Assembly: GCA_904502235.1 (NCBI GenBank)
Contig: CAJGDP010000006.1
Span: 2,955-66,954, forward strand
Length of the DNA stretch: 64,000 bases
Direction: 5' to 3'
Source: an uncultured Bacteroidaceae bacterium
GTDB lineage: Bacteria > Bacteroidota > Bacteroidia > Bacteroidales > Bacteroidaceae
The position numbers and the translations under genes are program-made. Shown here in pieces: positions 18,524-29,998 of the stretch (position 1 is its first letter; every line of letters starts with the position of its first letter). The notes under the pieces were generated by a model. The model saw only the letters and a list, made by a program, of their open reading frames with translations. It was not told the DNA's origin and did not search any database.

Positions 18524-19543
18524 TTATTTTACTACTTCTACCTCAACTCCGTCAGCAAGGTTGTCGATACCTGCAACAACAACCAATGAACCTGTCTCAA
18601 TGCCTGAAATTAGCTCATAGCGGTTGTCCATTCTGCGACCAAGCTCTACCTTGTTGTGCTTAACTTTACCGTCCTCGTATGTGTAGACATAGAAGTCGCC
18701 GCTTCCGCTCTGCTTCTTGACTGCCACATCGGGTACAACTACGTGTTTTACTGTACCGAAGTTCACAACAGCCTTGCCGTACATACCCGGACGTATCTTC
18801 TTGTTGTTGTTCTCAACCTTTATTTCAACAGGGAATGTGTGTGTGGTTGCGTTGATTGTAGGATAGATTATGTCGATATTTCCCTTGAACTCCTCGTTGC
18901 CGTATGTGTTGAACTTGAGAGTTACGTCGAGCTTCTTGTTTGTCTTTGCAAAGAGCTGCTCGCTGATGTTTATCTTCATCTTTACAGGGGTAATCTGCTC
19001 GACAACAAGGATGGGCTGACCGCCGTACATGTCGCCGTTGTCGTAGTTACGTGCCGATACAACACCGTCGATAGGGCTTACAAGGATTGTGTTTTCAAGA
19101 CGGTTGTCGAGGTTCTTCTTTGTAACGTCGAGCTGCATCTTCATGTTGTCGTAGTCCGACTTTGATGTACCGCCAATCTTGTAAAGCTCTTCGATGCGCT
19201 TGAAGTTTGTGAGCTGGTTGTCGTACTGCAACTTGAGCTGGTCGAGGCTGCTTGCATCCAGCTGAACAAGCTGCTGACCTTTGGTTACGTGGTCGCCAAC
19301 CTCAACAAGGATTTTTGCAATTCGCAAAGGTGAGTTGGGGATGATATTGTTCTTTACCTCAGCCTCAACTGTTGTAGCGTACTCTTCGAGCTGTGCCACC
19401 TCTTCGGTAACCACTTTCTCGATCTTTACCTTTGGCTTAGCCTCCTGCAATGCGTTTGCTGCATCTTCTGTCTTCTCTGAACTGCCACATGAACTGATGA
19501 GTGCTGTAGCAATTAAAGCAATAAATGTCAGATTCTTTTTCAT
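18524..19543 (-). CDS. RND efflux periplasmic adaptor (MFP)
   Basis: Lipoprotein signal ...LISSCGSS. Lipoyl/barrel-sandwich hybrid layout (VEVGDHVTKGQQLVQLD ... ILVSPIDGVVSARN). Confidence 0.9.
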   Translation of the reverse strand: MKKNLTFIALIATALISSCGSSEKTEDAANALQEAKPKVKIEKVVTEEVAQLEEYATTVEAEVKNNIIPNSPLRIAKILVEVGDHVTKGQQLVQLDASSLDQLKLQYDNQLTNFKRIEELYKIGGTSKSDYDNMKMQLDVTKKNLDNRLENTILVSPIDGVVSARNYDNGDMYGGQPILVVEQITPVKMKINISEQLFAKTNKKLDVTLKFNTYGNEEFKGNIDIIYPTINATTHTFPVEIKVENNNKKIRPGMYGKAVVNFGTVKHVVVPDVAVKKQSGSGDFYVYTYEDGKVKHNKVELGRRMDNRYELISGIETGSLVVVAGIDNLADGVEVEVVK

Positions 19544-19558
19544 GGATGTATGTTTTTA

Positions 19559-20890
19559 TTATTCTTTTCCTAATACTTTGTTCAACTCTGATTTTGCAAC
19601 CAAATAGTCATATATGGTATTGTTGTATGAGAGTCTTGTGTTTGTGAGCTGCACCTGTGAGTTAGTGAGTTCAAGGATTGTTCCGTTACCGATGTCGTAA
19701 CGTTTCTGGCTGATTTCAACACCCTTCTCTGCAAGACGTACAGCCTCCTTGTTGCTTGACAACTGCTCTGAACTTGTTGTCATGTTGTCAATAAAACTCT
19801 GTGCCTGCATCTTGAGCATGCGCTCAGTGTTTGTTCTGGTCTCGGCAAGCTGGAACAACTGCACCTGATTGCTCTTGAGGCTAGAGAAGTTCTTTGCCTT
19901 GAAGATGGGGATGCTCACCGATAGAGTGATTGATGCCGCATCGCTCCAGTTGTATTTTGCGATATTCCAGTTTGTATTTGAAATAGACTGGTACTGGTAG
20001 CTTCCTACAAGTGCGATTGTCGGGATGAACGATGTCTTGAGCAGACGGCGCTGGTTGCTTATCATGCCTGTCTGCATATCAATCTGACGAAGCGAAGAGT
20101 TGTTCTCAAGGTTGATCTCAGTGTCAGCAACGCTTGCCATCTCGCTCTCGTAGTTTGCAAGGTTATCGTCTACAACAAGTATGATGTCGGCTGTTATGCC
20201 CATGAGTACCTTCAACTGAAGTCGTGCAAGTTCAACGGCATTCTTACCGCTTACAACCGATGGCCATGCGTTGTTCTTCTGTACCTCTGCGCTGATTTTG
20301 TCGTACTCGCTTACAAGTCCCTGCTCGAACATCTTGTTTACAATGTCGAAGTTAGCTTCGGCAAGTCTGAAGTTCTCGTTCAATACATTGTATGAGTCCT
20401 GTGCAAGCAGCAACTGATAGTAGGCCTTTGTTACCTGATTGATCATATCAATCTTTGAGCCGCGGCTCTTTTCAACGGCAAGCTGCACATCGCTGTTGCT
20501 CAGTTTCATTGTCTCGTAAACTGCCGGAGCATAGATGGGGATTGCCACCTGCAATGCTGCATTCCAAGTGTTCGAGTCGTCTTTACCCATCTTAATTTCC
20601 ATAGTCTGTCCGCCCATATCCATCTTCATGGATGAAACTAAAGCGTTATACTGGATTGCACCGTCCAGAGTTACTGTGGGGAGAAGATTCTGCCAAGCCT
20701 CGCTTTTGGAAATTTCCTTCAACTCAATCTCCTTTTCAGCAATCTTGATGGTTGGGTTCTCGCTCAATGCAAGCTCGATGGCTTTGTCGAGCGTCAGATG
20801 CATTGTAGGGGTGGTCTCTTGTGCATTTACTGTCAGTGTCATTACTGCCAGTATTGCAACCACTGTCTTTAATCGCATTTTAAGATTCAT
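19559..20890 (-). CDS. TolC-family outer-membrane efflux protein
   Basis: 443 aa with a signal peptide and two OEP-type coiled repeats (LTLDKAIELALSENPTIKIAEKE...). Confidence 0.9.
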   Translation of the reverse strand: MNLKMRLKTVVAILAVMTLTVNAQETTPTMHLTLDKAIELALSENPTIKIAEKEIELKEISKSEAWQNLLPTVTLDGAIQYNALVSSMKMDMGGQTMEIKMGKDDSNTWNAALQVAIPIYAPAVYETMKLSNSDVQLAVEKSRGSKIDMINQVTKAYYQLLLAQDSYNVLNENFRLAEANFDIVNKMFEQGLVSEYDKISAEVQKNNAWPSVVSGKNAVELARLQLKVLMGITADIILVVDDNLANYESEMASVADTEINLENNSSLRQIDMQTGMISNQRRLLKTSFIPTIALVGSYQYQSISNTNWNIAKYNWSDAASITLSVSIPIFKAKNFSSLKSNQVQLFQLAETRTNTERMLKMQAQSFIDNMTTSSEQLSSNKEAVRLAEKGVEISQKRYDIGNGTILELTNSQVQLTNTRLSYNNTIYDYLVAKSELNKVLGKE

Positions 20891-21545
20891 AATTATAACT
20901 TATATTTATTTTATTATTTTCCTTTAAGTATTCTTCGATAATCTCTTGTCCTTTTGGAGTCGATATTCCTCGCAGATAGAAGATGATGAGCGTGCGTCCA
21001 AGTTCGTGCGGTGTGAATTTGCTCAATTCGTTCCCTTTCTCATCCATGTTTACCGTAAAGATGGTTTCAAGGTTCTGACGGAGGATATATGAAAAAATCT
21101 CCAGGTTGGCATCTTCGCGGAAGAGTCCCTGCTTACGTCCCATATCTATCCATGCAAGGAATTTCTTGTCGTTCTGCTCTTCGTCGTGTTTCTTGCTTTT
21201 GCAGATTTCGGGATATTTCTTAAGGTCGGTGAAGAACTTCTTGTTGATGCTGCTAATGATATCAACATATTTGTCGTAGAGCTTCAGTATTATCTCGAGA
21301 GTATGTGAAGCTTGTCGAACAATAAGTTTGCCTTCATTTACAATCTTCTCGTTGTGAAGTTTCAAGGCTTCGAACAGCAATTGTTCCTTGTCGTTGTAGA
21401 GTTCGTATATGGTGCGCTTGGAGATAGAGAGGGTTGAGGCAATGTCGTCCATCTTTACATCCTTGATGCCACATTTGGTAAACTGCTCCAATGCGGTCTT
21501 CAGAATCAACTCGCGTACTTCCTCTTTCTTGTGTTCTTCTCTCAC
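20880..21545 (-). CDS. TetR/AcrR-family transcriptional repressor
   Basis: N-terminal HTH ILKTALEQFTKCGIKDVKMDDIASTLSISKRTIYELY. GTG start. It overlaps tolC by 11 nt. Confidence 0.9.
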   Translation of the reverse strand: MREEHKKEEVRELILKTALEQFTKCGIKDVKMDDIASTLSISKRTIYELYNDKEQLLFEALKLHNEKIVNEGKLIVRQASHTLEIILKLYDKYVDIISSINKKFFTDLKKYPEICKSKKHDEEQNDKKFLAWIDMGRKQGLFREDANLEIFSYILRQNLETIFTVNMDEKGNELSKFTPHELGRTLIIFYLRGISTPKGQEIIEEYLKENNKINISYNYES

Positions 21546-21571
21546 CTCTATACCATTTTAAATTCCGACTG

Positions 21572-21579
21572 CAAAGTTA
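21572..21579 (-). promoter_or_regulatory. -7 promoter box of the TetR-RND operon
   Basis: The minus strand reads taactttg (exact TAnnTTTG), about 27 nt upstream of the GTG at 21545. Confidence 0.5.
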
Positions 21580-21583
21580 CTAT

Positions 21584-21611
21584 GAAAACTTTTTGCTACA
21601 AAAAAGTTTTC
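21584..21611. promoter_or_regulatory. Palindromic candidate TetR operator overlapping the -33 region
   Basis: gaaaactttttg (21584-21595), spacer cta, then caaaaaagttttc (21599-21611): 12-bp arms with one extra A. Confidence 0.5.
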
Positions 21612-21788
21612 GTTAAAAATTATGGAAAAATTTCTTTATTAATTTTTTTTAGGATTTGAAGCATCCCGCTTGTGTGTTTATGAAAAGAACTGTTGCTAAA
21701 AAGGATAATGAAACATCCCCAAAACATCGGAATAGATGCTCTGGGGATGTTTGTATGTTCTGCACGAGCCGATACTTTCCTCAAGAAA

Positions 21789-22223
21789 TTACTCTTCGAG
21801 CAATTTCTTTAGAAAATCGTCCATCTCTTCGTTAAAGCCTTTGAGCAGATCTTCGCTCAGGATGATAGTGTCATCATCCACTATGAGCAAATCGACAATG
21901 GACTGGTGGTCGTCGTCGGTAAGCACGAAGGAGTAGGGCTTTGCTATGTTAAGGCTGTCGAACTGACCGTTTCCGTGCATTTCGGCAAGCAGTGTGCGGA
22001 GCTCTTTTTCATAGACTTCTTCGTTGTGTTCACCTTCCCATTCTAATATATGTACGCGCGCGAGGGTATTGTCGTCGTCATCCATGGCTGTTACGTCGCC
22101 CTTGCTACCATCTACATATATATGAAAGTCGGTGACCTTGGTTTCTTCTGCAGTGATGAATTCCTTTGTCATCTTTATGATGGCATCCTGCAGTCTGTCG
22201 TGTGATACTCTGCTTAAAGACAT
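21789..22223 (-). CDS. Small acidic cytoplasmic protein of unknown function, co-transcribed with secA
   Basis: 144 aa; ATG lies 12 nt after the secA stop. By my count it has 36 Asp+Glu against 13 Lys+Arg. No signal peptide or TM segment. Confidence 0.65.
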   Translation of the reverse strand: MSLSRVSHDRLQDAIIKMTKEFITAEETKVTDFHIYVDGSKGDVTAMDDDDNTLARVHILEWEGEHNEEVYEKELRTLLAEMHGNGQFDSLNIAKPYSFVLTDDDHQSIVDLLIVDDDTIILSEDLLKGFNEEMDDFLKKLLEE

Positions 22224-22235
22224 ATTGCTTCTTTT

Positions 22236-25550
<3,315 letters not shown>

Positions 25551-25608
25551 TATGTTGTAATTTTTTTATTCTGATTTTTGTGGCGCGTAATTTGCTCGCG
25601 TCGAAACG

Positions 25609-25616
25609 CAAAGATA
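25609..25616 (-). promoter_or_regulatory. -7 promoter box for secA
   Basis: The minus strand reads tatctttg (exact TAnnTTTG), about 59 nt upstream of the ATG at 25550. Confidence 0.55.
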
Positions 25617-25707
25617 GTAAAAACGTGTGAATAAATAAATTTTGCGCTGATATTTTAGCACTTTTGCTGTTGATTTGTAAGGCAAAACCTCTTTTTTCTG
25701 CTTTTTT

Positions 25708-26286
25708 TTACCAGATAAAGCCAAGACGTATGCTGAAACTCAAGGCTATATTGTCGTTTCTTGTGTTGAACCAGTTCCATAGTTGGAAACCGTGGTGGTA
25801 GCCGGTTTCGGCCGGTGTACCGAATGCGTATCCTGCACCCACCCAGGCATCGGCTATAAAGCGTCTGTAGCAATACTGATAGCCGAATGTGCCCAGAATT
25901 GAGCCCATTCGTGCCGGTGTACGCAGTCCGGTTTCGGAATGTGTGTAGTTGTAGTGTGAATAGATAGCTTCGGGACGCAGATAGAAACCAATCAAAGGCT
26001 TTTCGGGATTGTATTTGCCCATGAAGAACTTGTGTCCGTATCGCACGGTGAAACCCAAAGGGTCGTTATGATACTTGTCGTATCCGGCGCCGATGACGCT
26101 GCCGCATATTTCGGCACTCTGTTTTATGTCGGGAAAGGCACGCTCATATGAGATTTTGGTACTTCCGCTTGTCCACGAAAGGAAGGTGAGCTTTACTGCA
26201 TTCTTATATGGTTCTTTCGCTTCGATATTGTTGATGGAAAACAATAGTGTCGCAAGCAGAATGATTCTGAAAAAACGTGGTTTCAT
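25708..26286 (-). CDS. Small outer-membrane beta-barrel protein (hypothetical)
   Basis: 192 aa with signal peptide MKPRFFRIILLATLLFSINNIEA, an alternating aromatic/Gly pattern, and an aromatic C-terminus ...RLGFIW. Confidence 0.5.
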   Translation of the reverse strand: MKPRFFRIILLATLLFSINNIEAKEPYKNAVKLTFLSWTSGSTKISYERAFPDIKQSAEICGSVIGAGYDKYHNDPLGFTVRYGHKFFMGKYNPEKPLIGFYLRPEAIYSHYNYTHSETGLRTPARMGSILGTFGYQYCYRRFIADAWVGAGYAFGTPAETGYHHGFQLWNWFNTRNDNIALSFSIRLGFIW

Positions 26287-26340
26287 GTATGTGTTCGTGA
26301 TATTTTTTGTAAAGGTAGGTATTTAAATGTTATTTTTGTG

Positions 26341-26348
26341 TATCTTCG
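26341..26348 (+). promoter_or_regulatory. -7 promoter box
   Basis: tatcttcg (one mismatch), 22 nt upstream of the ATG at 26370. Confidence 0.5.
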
Positions 26349-26369
26349 CGAAAAATAAACCGATATTCT

Positions 26370-28202
26370 ATGAAAAAACTTTCATTTGCAGTTTTTGCGT
26401 CTTTCTCTTTTTTGTTGGCATCGTGCAATTGCGAAAAAGTCTATAACGCATCGGATTTTGGAATAGTTCCAGGAACGGGAGAGGATATGACCGAGGAGAT
26501 TGCCAAGGCTATTGAAACCATCAAGACGGAGCGTGCCGGCAAACCGGCAGTCCTTCTGTTTGAAGGTGGTGAATACGATTTTTATCCCGACAGTGCCAAT
26601 GTCCGTGAGTATTATATCTCCAACCACGATCAGGACAATCCAAAGAGAGTTGCTGTTGTACTTGAAGGCGTAAAGAATCTCACACTCAAGGGAAAAGATA
26701 AAGGTATGGATGCGCGTCATGCCGAATTTATGATGAATGGCAGAATGTTGCCTATTGCCATGGTGGGCTGTGAGAACTGTAAACTGGATTTCATTGCCGT
26801 GGATACACGTGTTCCGCAGATTACACAGGTAGAGGTTCTGGAGAATGATGCCGAGAACGGATATATAACCTACAGAATTGCACCATACGTAAATTACAGG
26901 ATAGATAACGGTCGTCTGATTGTATATGGCAGCAATTGGGAAATCAATCCCGGTTGGGGTATCGCATTCGACGGCACTACCAAGCATATAATTTACACTA
27001 CAAGTGATATTTGGGTGGGTACACAGAGTGTGGAGGAGGTCTCTCCCCGTGTCATCCGTGCTCCTTGGCGCGATGCCCGTCTGCTCCCCGGAACAGTCAT
27101 AGCAATGCGTTCTTACGCCCGTCCCACTCCGGGTATATTCGTTTCGGAGTGCAAAAATACAGTCCTTAAACACACAAGAGTATACTATGCCGAGGGTATG
27201 GGTCTGCTTGCTCAGATGAGTGAGAATATAACACTCGACGGCTTCAAGGTTTTGTTGGGTGATGACAGATATTTTACCACACAGGCCGATGCAACCCACT
27301 TCTCGGGATGCAAGGGCAAGATAGAGTCGCTTAACGGACTTTACGAGGGTATGATGGACGATGCCATCAATGTTCACGGTACATATCTGCGTGTGGTGCA
27401 GCGTCTTGACGACAATACCCTGGTGGGCAGATACATGCATGGTCAGGCATACGGCTTCTATTGGGGCGGAGCAGGCGACAGTGTGCAGTTTGTACGTTCC
27501 GACGTTATGGAAATCACCGAAGGCAACCGTGTCGTTGAAATTACTCCTTACGACAAGGAACAGCTTGCCGGTTGCAAAGAGTTCAGGATAAAGTTCGAGA
27601 AACCGCTTCCTGCCGATATTGCCAACGGCAAGTACGGTATTGAGAATCTGGAATGGACTCCCGAGGTGCTTTTCAGCGGTAACACCATACGTAACAACCG
27701 CGCTCGTGGTGCATTGTTCAGTACACCCAAGAGCACTGTTGTTGAGAACAACCTGTTCGACCACACATCGGGTACTGCAATATTGCTATGCGGTGATTGC
27801 AACGGATGGTTCGAAACCGGTGCCTGTCGCGATGTCGTAATCCGTAACAACCGTTTTGTGAATGCTCTTACAAGTATGTTCCAGTTTACAAACGGTATAA
27901 TATCAATCTATCCCGAAATACCCGACCTTGCGTCGCAGACAAAATATTTCCATGGCGGAAACGGAAAGGGTGTTGTGATAGAGAACAATACATTCGAGAC
28001 ATTCGATGCGCCTATCGTGTATGCGAAATCGCTCGACGGACTTGTGTTCCGCAACAACAGAATAATACAGAACAACGATTTCAAGCCTTTCCACTGGAAC
28101 CGTTACCGTTTTCTGCTTGAAAAGGTTGTGGGAGTAACCATTGAAAACAATGAATTCGATGGCGGATTCGACAAGGATAAAGATGTAATGATACGTAATT
28201 GA
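26370..28202 (+). CDS. GH110-like alpha-1,3-galactosidase (right-handed beta-helix lipoprotein)
   Basis: Lipoprotein signal ...LLASCNC. YNASDFGIVPGTGEDMT...VREYYISNHDQDNPKRVAVVLEGVKNLTLKG matches my memory of GH110 N-terminal regions. Repeated NN-containing parallel beta-helix turns (IRNNRARGALF, VENNLFDHTSG, IRNNRFVN, IENNTF, FRNNRI, IENNEF). Confidence 0.65.
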   Translation: MKKLSFAVFASFSFLLASCNCEKVYNASDFGIVPGTGEDMTEEIAKAIETIKTERAGKPAVLLFEGGEYDFYPDSANVREYYISNHDQDNPKRVAVVLEGVKNLTLKGKDKGMDARHAEFMMNGRMLPIAMVGCENCKLDFIAVDTRVPQITQVEVLENDAENGYITYRIAPYVNYRIDNGRLIVYGSNWEINPGWGIAFDGTTKHIIYTTSDIWVGTQSVEEVSPRVIRAPWRDARLLPGTVIAMRSYARPTPGIFVSECKNTVLKHTRVYYAEGMGLLAQMSENITLDGFKVLLGDDRYFTTQADATHFSGCKGKIESLNGLYEGMMDDAINVHGTYLRVVQRLDDNTLVGRYMHGQAYGFYWGGAGDSVQFVRSDVMEITEGNRVVEITPYDKEQLAGCKEFRIKFEKPLPADIANGKYGIENLEWTPEVLFSGNTIRNNRARGALFSTPKSTVVENNLFDHTSGTAILLCGDCNGWFETGACRDVVIRNNRFVNALTSMFQFTNGIISIYPEIPDLASQTKYFHGGNGKGVVIENNTFETFDAPIVYAKSLDGLVFRNNRIIQNNDFKPFHWNRYRFLLEKVVGVTIENNEFDGGFDKDKDVMIRN

Positions 28203-28207
28203 CAACT

Positions 28208-29842
28208 ATGTTCCATAAATTCAAATATGATTTAAGAGGGGTGGAGTTGCCCGAGCGTTTCAACAACCCGTTCCATTATCTGCCTCATCAGTTGTGTGTG
28301 GTGGCAGAAAGAGAACTCCGTATCTGCCTGACAAAGGACCCTTACGTTTTTGCCGAATCTTTTATGGGTAAGATGTATGGTGTGCTTGTGGTTCAGGCCC
28401 CTTCGGGTGAGATTGGCTATCTTATGGCGTTCTCGGGATTGTTGACAGGAAAGAATACATACGAAGGATTTGTTCCGCCCGTATATGACATGCAGCAACC
28501 CGACGGTTATTTCAAACAGGAAGAGGCGTGTATTTCGGCTATAAATGCCAAAATAAGCAAAATAGAGGAGAGTGATGATTATATCTCTGCCGTAAAGGCT
28601 CTGGAAACCGAAAGGGAAAAAGCCAAAAATGCTGTTGCAGAGATGTCGGCTCTGTTTAAAGCAAATAAGGAAGAACGCAAGAGAAGACGCGAAGCTGGTT
28701 TTTTGTCCCAGGAGGATGAAGCGCAGATGGTCAGACAGAGTCAGTTCGAAAAAGCCGAGCTCAAGCGTACGCGTGCGGCATGGGATGCCAAGATTGCAGA
28801 GAAAGAGAGTGCTGTGGCTCTGTTTACAGAACTTATAGAGACCTTGGGGGCAGAGCGTGCCGAACGTTCGGCGGCTTTGCAGAAGTGGCTTTTTGGACAG
28901 TTCAAGGTGTTGAATGCCAAAGGAGAAAGCAAAAGCCTTCTTGAAATCTTCGACGAGAAATTGTCGGTATTGCCACCTGCAGGAGCAGGGGAGTGTGCTG
29001 CTCCCAAACTGTTGCAGTATGCCTATGCCAATTCTTTGAAACCGCTTGCAATGGGTGAGTTCTGGGTTGGAAGGTGTCCTGAACGTGGAGAGGTGCGTCG
29101 CGATGGCTGTTACTATGGAGCATGCAAGAGCAAGTGCGAACCTATTTTGCAATATATGCTTCAGGGACTCGACGTCGAGGATTCTGCCCTTGAAAAAGGT
29201 GGTGATATAAGCAATGTTGAGATTGTTTATGAAGATGAACATCTGCTTGTCGTAAATAAACCTGCTGGAATTCTCTCTGTGCCTGGTATTGTGGGCGGTA
29301 TGTCTGTGGAACAATGGATTCGCGAAGAGTATCTGCATCGAAACGACATTTTTGTGGTGCACCGTCTCGACATGTCAACATCGGGTCTGCTCATTGTTGC
29401 AAAAAGTGTTGAAGTGTACAAGAGTTTGCAGAACCAGTTCCTGAAACGTACTGTAGTTAAGGAATATACAGCCATTCTGGAGGGAGTGCCGGTGAATAGC
29501 GAAGGTACCATAGACCTTCCGCTTGCTTCCGACTACGAGAACCGTCCATGTCAGATTGTGGACCATAAGAACGGAAAACTGGCTGTAACAAATTACAACA
29601 TGCTTGAAATTATACAATATAAGGGCAAGCAGTGCTCTTTGGTGCGCTTTAATCCTGTAACGGGGCGTACTCATCAGTTACGTGTGCATGCTGCAAGCCC
29701 ACAAGGTCTTGATTGTCCTATTGTGGGAGATGCTCTTTATGGAACAAACGGCGACAGGCTTATGTTGCATGCCTCGTCGTTGACTTTTGACCATCCTGTA
29801 AGCGGTAAGAGGTTGGTGATAGAGTGCAAGGCTTGTTTCTGA
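28208..29842 (+). CDS. RluA-family pseudouridine synthase with a ~335-aa N-terminal extension
   Basis: The C-terminal third carries LLVVNKPAGILSVPG, the catalytic HRLDMSTSGLLIVAKS, and GRTHQLRVH. I take the ATG at 28208; the track start at 28199 is TTG. Confidence 0.85.
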   Translation: MFHKFKYDLRGVELPERFNNPFHYLPHQLCVVAERELRICLTKDPYVFAESFMGKMYGVLVVQAPSGEIGYLMAFSGLLTGKNTYEGFVPPVYDMQQPDGYFKQEEACISAINAKISKIEESDDYISAVKALETEREKAKNAVAEMSALFKANKEERKRRREAGFLSQEDEAQMVRQSQFEKAELKRTRAAWDAKIAEKESAVALFTELIETLGAERAERSAALQKWLFGQFKVLNAKGESKSLLEIFDEKLSVLPPAGAGECAAPKLLQYAYANSLKPLAMGEFWVGRCPERGEVRRDGCYYGACKSKCEPILQYMLQGLDVEDSALEKGGDISNVEIVYEDEHLLVVNKPAGILSVPGIVGGMSVEQWIREEYLHRNDIFVVHRLDMSTSGLLIVAKSVEVYKSLQNQFLKRTVVKEYTAILEGVPVNSEGTIDLPLASDYENRPCQIVDHKNGKLAVTNYNMLEIIQYKGKQCSLVRFNPVTGRTHQLRVHAASPQGLDCPIVGDALYGTNGDRLMLHASSLTFDHPVSGKRLVIECKACF

Positions 29843-29875
29843 TATAGCCGTGGTTGTTCACGGTATGGATTTGTT

Positions 29876-29910
29876 GTGGAGATTGTCTAGGGCGATCTCC
29901 ACATTTTTTA
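29876..29910 (+). terminator. Rho-independent terminator
   Basis: gtggagat (29876-29883) pairs with atctccac (29895-29902), followed by attttttat. Confidence 0.6.
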
Positions 29911-29915
29911 TATTA

Positions 29916-29923
29916 TAATTTTG
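29916..29923 (+). promoter_or_regulatory. -7 promoter box for the giant glycosidase gene
   Basis: taattttg (exact TAnnTTTG), 76 nt upstream of the ATG at 29999. Confidence 0.55.
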
Positions 29924-29932
29924 CAAAAACCG

Positions 29933-29944
29933 TTTTTTTTTTTT
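29933..29944 (+). repeat. T12 homopolymer tract in the 5-prime leader
   Basis: 12 consecutive T, counted directly (cg + T12 + gc), 10 nt downstream of the -7 box. Confidence 0.95.
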
Positions 29945-29998
29945 GCTTTGTAAAGTTTTTGTATCAATGGAATATTGTATATAATCAAATCATATTTT

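Noticed and set aside
26382-27764. A 460-aa ORF antisense to the GH110-like gene
   Set aside because: The plus-strand product has clear family motifs, a lipoprotein signal and beta-helix repeats. The antisense product is Cys/His/Thr-rich with no motifs. Long antisense ORFs of this kind arise from codon bias on the sense strand.
27808-27818. ggttcgaaacc, a tRNA T-arm-like string
   Set aside because: It lies inside the GH110-like CDS with no acceptor or anticodon stems around it. I found no tRNA, rRNA, tmRNA or RNase P-like sequence elsewhere in the window by eye.
28232-29362. A 376-aa minus-strand ORF inside the RluA gene
   Set aside because: It is antisense to a gene with intact catalytic motifs, and I recognise no motifs in its own product.
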